64,000 bases of DNA from Dehalococcoidia bacterium. GTDB lineage: Bacteria; Chloroflexota; Dehalococcoidia; GIF9; AB-539-J10. This document shows, in pieces, positions 57,780 to 64,000 of the stretch. The position numbers and the translations under genes were made by a program. The number at the start of each line of letters is the position of its first letter. Position 1 is the first letter of the stretch. The stretch spans positions 63,843-127,842 of the forward strand of contig JAUVZB010000001.1 in the NCBI GenBank assembly GCA_030602785.1. The letters are read 5' to 3'. The notes under the pieces are model-generated. The model was not told where the DNA came from, searched no databases, and saw nothing but the letters and a program-made list of their open reading frames with translations.

Positions 57780-59215
57780 TCCACAGCCTCCGCCAGCATT
57801 GCCGCGAGTTCCTCAATCCTCTCCCTCTTGGAAGGCGTTTCAAGGCTGTTCACATTGGCAATCAGGCACGCGCTGGAGCGCAGGATGACCTCGATAATCT
57901 TGAGTCTGTTATCGACAAGGGTCTTGCCTGTCTGGGTGTTGTCGACCAGCAGATCTGCGTCGTCGGGAAGGAAGGCCTCGCTGGCGCCCCAGGTCGGAAC
58001 GATCTTGTAGGCGCCGATGTGGTTGTCCCTGAGGTACTTATCGGCGAGGTTCGTATACTCGGATGCCACCCGTAGCGGTCTCAGACCACCGCAGGCCACG
58101 AAATCCCGCAACTCCTCAGTGCTGCTCACGGGGATGTCCTCACTCAGGGCGGCAACCACTCTCACCTTGCCGAACCCGAGGTCAACCAGTTCCTTGACCG
58201 GGCTTCCCGGAAAGCAAGAAAGGTGCTCCCGCAGCCAGTCCTGACCGGTTATCGCTACATCGAAATGCCCACAGGCCACCTGGAGAGGCATATCCTGAGG
58301 TCGAACGACCTTGACAGCGAGCCAGGGCGGGCCGGCAAGCAGCCGCCGCTCTGTAGTCTTGCCCGCGTACCCCGGCACATCGAGTCCAGCACGTTCCAAG
58401 AGCTCAACTGCCGGCGTCTTCTGATGACCGTCCGGCAGCGCAAGGCGAAGCTCGCGGGCTTGCCAGCGCGCAAGTGTCTCATTCGGAGCCTGCATCTGGC
58501 GCTCGGTTTCATCAGTGCCGTAGCTGGCATCGTGATCTCCAGATGTGCCCTCGAAGCAGGCGAGTATGTCGCTCATGTTTTTCCGCGAGAGCGAATCGGA
58601 ATTCGCCACGAGGACGGCGTTGACGTCGAAGAGTTTCTTGAGTGGCACGAGCCCCTGGGAGAAGAGGTCTCGCTCATTCCGCGCCCACATGACAACTAAG
58701 TCGGCGCTTTCGGGTGGGTAGGCGCCGGCCGCGCCCCAGACGGGGAAGACGCGGAAGCGCCTAAGCCGCAGCTCCGCAGCAAGCATTGTCGCCACGTTCG
58801 GATACTCGGAGACAATGTGAAGAGTCCGGTCAGATGCGCTCACAGCATCCATTGAGCAGAAGCTCGAATAGCGGCTTGCAGCGAGGTACACGGCGCCATC
58901 GCGATATTTCAGCGGCGCTATCTCCACAAGCGCCGCTGCCGGATAGCGCGCCTTCAGCTCTTTCACCCAGTCGGCACCGCAGATGCCCAGGTCGTAGTTA
59001 CCCACCGACACATGTACGGAGATGTCCTTCTCCTGCAATATCTTGGCGGACAGGTAGTCAAAGCGGGAAGACCAGACACGATACTGTCGGGTCTTGGAAT
59101 TGTAGTCTTCGAATGCCATACCGCTGCTCGCCAGCAGTTCAGATGTAGGAGTAACGAACCTTCCCTTCGGAAGAGCGAATCGGATGGTGCGGGGACTGGT
59201 GGCCTCCACTCTCAA
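57776..59215 (-). CDS. hisG: ATP phosphoribosyltransferase with an internal tandem duplication: two HisG short-form-like domains in one 479-aa polypeptide
   Basis: Half 1 (IRFALPKGR...DLGICGADWVKE...LVANSDSL) and half 2 (LRLALPDGH...DVAITGQDWLRE...DLLVDNTQTGKTLVDNRL...LIANVNSL) both follow the HisG-short pattern. Only half 2 keeps the PRPP-binding D-x-V-x-T-G-x-T-L motif. Confidence 0.75.
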   Translation of the reverse strand: MRVEATSPRTIRFALPKGRFVTPTSELLASSGMAFEDYNSKTRQYRVWSSRFDYLSAKILQEKDISVHVSVGNYDLGICGADWVKELKARYPAAALVEIAPLKYRDGAVYLAASRYSSFCSMDAVSASDRTLHIVSEYPNVATMLAAELRLRRFRVFPVWGAAGAYPPESADLVVMWARNERDLFSQGLVPLKKLFDVNAVLVANSDSLSRKNMSDILACFEGTSGDHDASYGTDETERQMQAPNETLARWQARELRLALPDGHQKTPAVELLERAGLDVPGYAGKTTERRLLAGPPWLAVKVVRPQDMPLQVACGHFDVAITGQDWLREHLSCFPGSPVKELVDLGFGKVRVVAALSEDIPVSSTEELRDFVACGGLRPLRVASEYTNLADKYLRDNHIGAYKIVPTWGASEAFLPDDADLLVDNTQTGKTLVDNRLKIIEVILRSSACLIANVNSLETPSKRERIEELAAMLAEAVE

Positions 59216-59218
59216 GCC

Positions 59219-60481
59219 CTAGGAGACAAGCTTTTCGATCACCTCGGTGACCGAGCACGCTGCCTTCTCCTTGGTTTTGCAGTCCGTCAATTCCACGGTG
59301 CCGGGAGCCTCCGGTACGACTCGGACAATCCACCGGAACCGGTCGAGGAAGTCGCTGCCACGGCAGATACCGACGGCAACTGCACCACCGGCTATGCGAA
59401 TGGCTCCCGCCACATCCAGGGCGAGCCTCAGAGCTTCCGGTGAGTTCTCGTCGCAGACAACGGCGACAGCGGCCCCGGAGGACTCCTCCCCGGCCAGCAG
59501 GTCCATGATCTGGTCAACGTACAGAGCAAAGCCGCACGCGGGGATATCCGGGCCACCCATCATGGGAATGAGATTGTCGTACCGGCCGCCACCGCCGGCC
59601 TTCTCTCCGTCCCCGGTCAGGAGCTGGAAGCAGATACCCGTGTAGTATTCGAAGCCTCTGACAGCCATTATGTCGATTTCATAGCCACACTCAAGTTCGT
59701 CGAGCAGGCGTGCCACTTCGATAAACCTGTCCAGCGCCTGACGGAAGGGTTCTCTCGCAGACGAGGACAGCGCGCGAATATTCTCGAGATAGCCGACGGA
59801 GTCGCCCTTCAACTCGATAAGGGGAAGCAGATAGCGTTTGGTCTGTCCGACAACGGATACTGCTTCAAAAAGGCCTCGCCAGTCTCCATCGAGCGCGGTC
59901 TCTACCAGTCGCTTCTTCTCTACTGTTGCCAGGTCAAGCTCGTCGATGAGTGCCTGCAGCAGGCCGGCGTGACATATCTGCAGTCGAACACCGTCAAGTC
60001 CGAGACGCGCAACAACATCCCGTGCAAGTTGCACAATCTCGACCTCGGCAACAACAGGCGCCCCGCCGATGAACTCGGCGCCGCATTGCCATCGCTCGCG
60101 GTTCTTGTTGCCGGTCTGCTCGAAAACAAAGCTGTTCGTGACATACGACAGCCTGACCGGGACACGCGGTGACAGGTTCTCGACATACAGCCGCGCAACC
60201 GGGATGGTGCTATCGGGACGCAGCACCACACGCTCTCCGCTCCAGCCGTCCCAGTCGAGGAACGAGTACACCCTCCTTACCATGCCGGGCGTCAGCGTAC
60301 CGAGAGCAGTAAACAACTGCAGGTACTCGATGGTGGGCGGCTTGACCTCTTCGTAGCCGTACGCAGTACAGCCCGCTCTGAAGGCGCTTTCGACGCGGCG
60401 GAAGCGAGCCATGTCTGCAGGCAACAAGTCACGCATGCCCCTGCATTTCTGGTGTGACAGCACTGGTTCTGGCATAGTCAT
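59219..60481 (-). CDS. hisZ: HisRS-like protein, most likely the ATP phosphoribosyltransferase regulatory subunit HisZ (alternative: histidyl-tRNA synthetase)
   Basis: 420 aa with class II aaRS-like motifs (MRDLLP...GGRYDNLI) and a degenerate motif 2. Immediately upstream of a short-form-type hisG, as in hisZG operons. Confidence 0.55.
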   Translation of the reverse strand: MTMPEPVLSHQKCRGMRDLLPADMARFRRVESAFRAGCTAYGYEEVKPPTIEYLQLFTALGTLTPGMVRRVYSFLDWDGWSGERVVLRPDSTIPVARLYVENLSPRVPVRLSYVTNSFVFEQTGNKNRERWQCGAEFIGGAPVVAEVEIVQLARDVVARLGLDGVRLQICHAGLLQALIDELDLATVEKKRLVETALDGDWRGLFEAVSVVGQTKRYLLPLIELKGDSVGYLENIRALSSSAREPFRQALDRFIEVARLLDELECGYEIDIMAVRGFEYYTGICFQLLTGDGEKAGGGGRYDNLIPMMGGPDIPACGFALYVDQIMDLLAGEESSGAAVAVVCDENSPEALRLALDVAGAIRIAGGAVAVGICRGSDFLDRFRWIVRVVPEAPGTVELTDCKTKEKAACSVTEVIEKLVS

Positions 60482-60591
60482 AGACCAGTGTGATTCTACA
60501 TGACCGACAGCGCACGTTCAATCTGCGCAGCCTCGGCTTGCACGCAGAGTGGAACTACCGCTGTTGGAACTTACAATACGCGCAAATACGT

Positions 60592-60620
60592 TTGTTGCCG
60601 TCTCAGCATTCATTTATAAT
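60592..60620 (+). promoter_or_regulatory. sigma70-like promoter: -35 TTGTTG, 17-bp spacer, -10 TATAAT (60615-60620)
   Basis: Read directly from the sequence, 22 nt upstream of the nfeD ATG at 60642. Confidence 0.45.
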
Positions 60621-60641
60621 CGTCTTGAGGAGGAAGGAGTG

Positions 60642-61952
60642 ATGTTCAGACGACTGAGAGTCGTCACTCTCGCGCTCATAGCGTTCGGTGCTCTCATCTC
60701 GCTTGCCGGCCCTGTCACAGGCGATGAAAGCCGGAAGGTCGTGGTTCTCGAAGTGGACGGCACCATAGTTCCCGTCATCGCCCAGTATATTGACAGGGGA
60801 ATCGACCTCGCTGAGGATACCGGCGCAAGCGCGTGTGTCATCAAGCTCAACACCCCTGGAGGCCTCCTCACCGCAACCGAGGACATCGTCTCGAGCATCA
60901 TGAATGCGGACGTACCCGTCGTTACGTACGTGAGCCCCAAAGGCGCGTGGGCCGCATCGGCCGGGACCTTCATCACACTTGCGTCGCACGTCGCGGCCAT
61001 GACACCGGGGACTACGATAGGCGCCGCACATCCGGTCGCTGGTGGCGACCAGGAGATTCCCGAAGACCAGATGAAGAAAATCACCGAGTTCTCGGCGAAG
61101 TGGATGAGAACCATCGCCGAGGACAGGAATCGGAACGCGGAAGAGGCCGAACTGGCGGTCACCGAGAGCAAGTCGTTCACGGATACGGAAGCGCTTGAAG
61201 CTGACATCATCGACCTCCGGGCGGAATCGCTTGAGAGCCTTCTCGAGCAAATCGACGGCACCGAGGTTGCCCTCGCGAGCGGCCGGACAGTCATCCTCGC
61301 TACTGCCGGAGCGACAGCCGAGACGGCCGAGATGACCCCGTTCGAGAAGTTTCTGCACACGGTGACCGACCCCAACGTGGCGTATATCCTCTTCACGTTG
61401 GCGACAATCGGGCTTATCACGGAGATTTCGAGTCCCGGTCTCATCGTCCCGGGCGTCGTAGGTGGCATCTGCTTGATTCTCGCGTTCTATTCACTGGGTG
61501 TGCTTGACGCATACTGGGGAGGCATGGCTCTGATGCTGCTCGCCATGGGACTCTTTGTGGCGGAGTACTTCACAGCCTCGTTTGGCGTCCTCACCGCGGG
61601 GGGAGTGGCCGCCCTTGTGCTCGGGTCCATCATATTATTCAGTCGGACTCCGGGCGTTGAAGTGGACACGCGATTGATTGCCCTCGTCACGGCAGGAGCC
61701 GCGGGTTTTGGCGTGTTTGTACTCGGCGCCATTATCCGGGGGCAACGGCGCCCCAAAGTCACCGGCACTGACGGCATGCTTCAGGGCCGGGCGATTGCCA
61801 GGACACCACTGACTCCAAGGGGCACAGTGCTCGCTGAGGGCGAACTGTGGAATGCCGTGGCGGAAGGCGAGCACGTGGCGCCCGGTGAGGAAGTCACCAT
61901 TGTCAGCGTGGACCGAATGCAGTTACGCGTCCGCAAGCGCCCCACATCCTGA
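60642..61952 (+). CDS. NfeD-family membrane-bound ClpP-class serine protease (long form) with a C-terminal OB-fold
   Basis: Signal peptide or TM helix, then a ClpP-like domain (VLEVDGTIVPVIAQYIDRG...TPGG), several TM helices, and a C-terminal NfeD beta-barrel. Confidence 0.8.
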   Translation: MFRRLRVVTLALIAFGALISLAGPVTGDESRKVVVLEVDGTIVPVIAQYIDRGIDLAEDTGASACVIKLNTPGGLLTATEDIVSSIMNADVPVVTYVSPKGAWAASAGTFITLASHVAAMTPGTTIGAAHPVAGGDQEIPEDQMKKITEFSAKWMRTIAEDRNRNAEEAELAVTESKSFTDTEALEADIIDLRAESLESLLEQIDGTEVALASGRTVILATAGATAETAEMTPFEKFLHTVTDPNVAYILFTLATIGLITEISSPGLIVPGVVGGICLILAFYSLGVLDAYWGGMALMLLAMGLFVAEYFTASFGVLTAGGVAALVLGSIILFSRTPGVEVDTRLIALVTAGAAGFGVFVLGAIIRGQRRPKVTGTDGMLQGRAIARTPLTPRGTVLAEGELWNAVAEGEHVAPGEEVTIVSVDRMQLRVRKRPTS

Positions 61953-61965
61953 GGTGACCAGACGA

Positions 61966-62283
61966 ATGTTGTTGCTAGCAGACTGGGATATCACAGGCCC
62001 CACAGCCCTGCTGGTCGGGTTGACCGTGGCCTTCCTCGTTGTGTCTGTGGTGGCGGTGGTTCGCAGCCAGAGGCGCAGGCCGATGGCGGGAACGGATGAT
62101 ATTCTTGGCCTTGTCGGAACGGTTCGTACTCGCCTCAAGCCGGAGGGCAGCGTGCAAGTACGCGGTGAACTGTGGGAGGCGGTCGCGAAGGGCCGGGACC
62201 TGGAACCGGGCACAAAGGTTGTCGTCACGAAAATCGAGGGATTGAGACTGACAGTGAGGATAAAGGAGGAAACGGATGATTGA
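61966..62283 (+). CDS. NfeD short form (TM helix plus OB-fold domain)
   Basis: 105 aa from the ATG at 61966: MLLLADWDITGPTALLVGLTVAFLVVS..., with a C-terminal GELWEAVAKGRDLEPGTKVVVTKIEGLRLTV OB-fold like the C-terminus of the upstream gene. Confidence 0.7.
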   Translation: MLLLADWDITGPTALLVGLTVAFLVVSVVAVVRSQRRRPMAGTDDILGLVGTVRTRLKPEGSVQVRGELWEAVAKGRDLEPGTKVVVTKIEGLRLTVRIKEETDD

Positions 62284-63049
62284 CCTCGGGTGGATACTTT
62301 ACGCATTTGTTGCGCTCGTCGTCTTGATGGTGCTCTCTTCGGCCATTAAGATCGTTCAGGAGTACGAGCGGGCAGGCATTTTCAGACTCGGGCGATTCGT
62401 TGGATTGAGAGGGCCGGGACTCGTACTCATCATCCCGTTCATCGAACGGGCGCGCAAGGTAGACCTGCGTGTGGTGACCATGGACGTCCCCCAACAGGAG
62501 TGCATCACGCTCGACAACGTGACGGTTTCTGTCGATGCAGTAATCTATTTCCGCGTTGTGGAGCCGGCGGATGCAATCTTGAAGGTGCTGGATTATGTCA
62601 AGGCTACTTCCCTTCTGTCCCAAACGACTCTGCGAAGCGTTGTGGGTCAGTCCGAGTTGGACGAACTGCTCTCCCATCGCGAGCGGCTGAACGAACGGGT
62701 CCAGTCCATCGTGGACGAAGGCACCAATCCATGGGGAATCAAGGTAAGCCTGGTGGAAGTCAAGGACGTCCAGCTTGCAGAGTCCATGCAGCGCTCGATG
62801 GCGGCACAGGCCGAGGCCGAGCGCGACCGAAGAGCCAAGGTTGTGCATGCCGAGGGTGAGTTCCAGGCAGCGGCGAAGCTGGCCGAGGCCGCGGCGCTCA
62901 TGTCCGGCCAACCCGCCGCGCTCCAGCTCAGATACCTGCAGGCCATGACGGCCATCGCCACAGAGAAGACGAACACCATTCTGTTCCCGATCCCCATCGA
63001 CCTCGTGAAGCCGTTTCTCGAGCGGCAGCAGCCGCCCAAGGACCAGTAA
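62276..63049 (+). CDS. SPFH/band-7 stomatin-like protein
   Basis: 257 aa. N-terminal TM helix, then an SPFH domain (IKIVQEYERAGIFRLGRF) and a coiled-coil AQAEAERDRRAKV region. Confidence 0.85.
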   Translation: MIDLGWILYAFVALVVLMVLSSAIKIVQEYERAGIFRLGRFVGLRGPGLVLIIPFIERARKVDLRVVTMDVPQQECITLDNVTVSVDAVIYFRVVEPADAILKVLDYVKATSLLSQTTLRSVVGQSELDELLSHRERLNERVQSIVDEGTNPWGIKVSLVEVKDVQLAESMQRSMAAQAEAERDRRAKVVHAEGEFQAAAKLAEAAALMSGQPAALQLRYLQAMTAIATEKTNTILFPIPIDLVKPFLERQQPPKDQ

Positions 63050-63073
63050 TCCCTCCACGTGAAATAGCGCGAA

Positions 63074-63107
63074 GGGGGTGCGCAACAACTTCTTGTTGCG
63101 CACCCCC
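63074..63107. terminator. bidirectional intrinsic terminator between convergent stomatin and pyrD
   Basis: GGGGGTGCGCAACAA-CTTC-TTGTTGCGCACCCCC forms a 15-bp perfect stem, followed by GCGTGTTTG. Confidence 0.7.
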
Positions 63108-63154
63108 GCGTGTTTGACCTGCGCTTGTAGCGCAGCCACTAAGGCTGCCGCGAG

Positions 63155-64000
63155 CTACAGCACTCCTCTCAACTCTCCTATGTCCGCCACACCGTGCCGC
63201 TCCATGAAGGAGGCGATTCCGTCAACGATTTCCAGCATGGAACGCGCGTTTGTGAATGTGGCTGTCCCGACCTGCACGGCGGTCGCACCGGCCATGATGA
63301 ATTCGAGAGCATCCTCTGCGGTCGAGATTCCACCGCAACCAATGACTGGAACATCAACCGTGTGAGCGACCGCATGCACCATGTAGAGCGCAACAGGCTT
63401 GATAGCCGGGCCGGACAGGCCGCCCGAAGGCGTCCCCAGCCGTGAGGTGCGTGTCTCAATGTCGACGGCCATGCCGCGCAGGGTGTTGATGAGACACACG
63501 GCGTCGGCGCCCGCGCTCACGACCGCCGTGGCAATCGAGGCGACGTCAGTCACGTTCGGGCTGAGCTTCACAATGAGTGGCAATCCGGTGGTGGCCCGGA
63601 CTGCGGCCGTCACGCGGGACGCGGAGTCGGGGCTCGTGCCGAATTCCAGACCACCACGGGACACGTTCGGACAACTGATGTTCAGCTCCACTCCGGCCAC
63701 CCCAGGAACCGTATCCAGCATAGCCGCAACCTCGGCGTACTCCTCGATTGAGTGCCCCGCGATATTCACGATTACCGGTACATCCCATGTGGCCCAGAGG
63801 GGTGCCTTATGGCGCACGACGGCCTCAACACCGATGTTCTCCAACCCTACGGAGTTGAGCACTCCTGCTGCGGTCTCCCAGATACGCGGCTGAGTGTTAC
63901 CGTCCCATGGGCGGCGGGTCACGCCTTTCGTGACGATGGCTCCGAGCCGCTGGACGTCCAGAAGTTCTCCGTATTCGGTCCCGTAGCCGAAGGTCCCCGA
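63155..64000 (-). CDS. pyrD: dihydroorotate dehydrogenase catalytic subunit (class 1 type). Partial: the N-terminus lies beyond the window end.
   Basis: The frame continues to the window edge (my translation of the last 78 nt: SGTFGYGTEYGELLDVQRLGAIVTKGVTRRP). The FMN-binding motifs NISCPN and GCGGIST are present. Confidence 0.85.
   Translation of the reverse strand, partial: SGTFGYGTEYGELLDVQRLGAIVTKGVTRRPWDGNTQPRIWETAAGVLNSVGLENIGVEAVVRHKAPLWATWDVPVIVNIAGHSIEEYAEVAAMLDTVPGVAGVELNISCPNVSRGGLEFGTSPDSASRVTAAVRATTGLPLIVKLSPNVTDVASIATAVVSAGADAVCLINTLRGMAVDIETRTSRLGTPSGGLSGPAIKPVALYMVHAVAHTVDVPVIGCGGISTAEDALEFIMAGATAVQVGTATFTNARSMLEIVDGIASFMERHGVADIGELRGVL

Noticed and set aside
57776-59215. hisG as two separate adjacent genes
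   Set aside because: It is a single uninterrupted reading frame with no internal stop or frameshift in my reading, so I report a fusion/duplication rather than two genes.
1-64000. Mobile elements, prophage, integrases or defence systems
   Set aside because: I found no transposase, integrase, recombinase, restriction-modification, toxin-antitoxin or cas-like ORF. The tRNA genes are not flanked by an attachment-site repeat that I could see.

Overview
This is a GC-rich bacterial chromosomal segment (GC-rich by eye; I did not compute the figure). Nearly all of it is recognisable housekeeping operons, with one accessory-looking catabolic island. TGA, TAG and TAA all terminate ordinary genes here, and GTG/TTG starts are common. 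The substrate-binding lipoproteins carry long Ala/Pro/Glu-rich linkers after the lipobox Cys, which suggests a monoderm (possibly Chloroflexi-like) host; this is inference.

Left to right, the window holds:
- dapL (partial), dapF, miaA, tpiA and pgk on the minus strand
- two small zinc-ribbon proteins, tRNA-Arg(TCT), then rpsB-tsf-frr with no pyrH
- cdsA-dxr-rseP-ispG (the MEP-pathway cluster), then proS
- thrS-infC-rpmI-rplT-pheS-pheT on the minus strand, and tRNA-Val(GAC)
- an archease-rtcB RNA-repair pair
- a minus-strand block: ilvD, mgtC, a CoA-transferase/GNAT fusion, an ADP-forming acetyl-CoA synthetase and a standalone Pta-N-terminal-like DRTGG protein
- a DUF2520 oxidoreductase followed by panB
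- a 13.5-kb same-strand island: two tandem TRAP dctPQM operons, a LarA-family (nickel-pincer) hydroxyacid racemase homolog, three tandem paralogous FAD-linked GlcD-like dehydrogenases (the third interrupted by an in-frame TGA) and a UxaA-family dehydratase
- guaA, then purD-purE-purB-purC
- a LacD-type class I aldolase plus pfkA
- hisZ-hisG-hisD-hisC-hisB, in which hisG is an internal tandem duplication
- NfeD-long, NfeD-short and stomatin in one operon, and partial pyrD

No CRISPR array, transposase, integrase or obvious defence genes were seen.

The three observations I rate highest are the LarA/GlcD/UxaA/TRAP island, the CoA-transferase-GNAT + ACD + DRTGG module, and the duplicated HisG.
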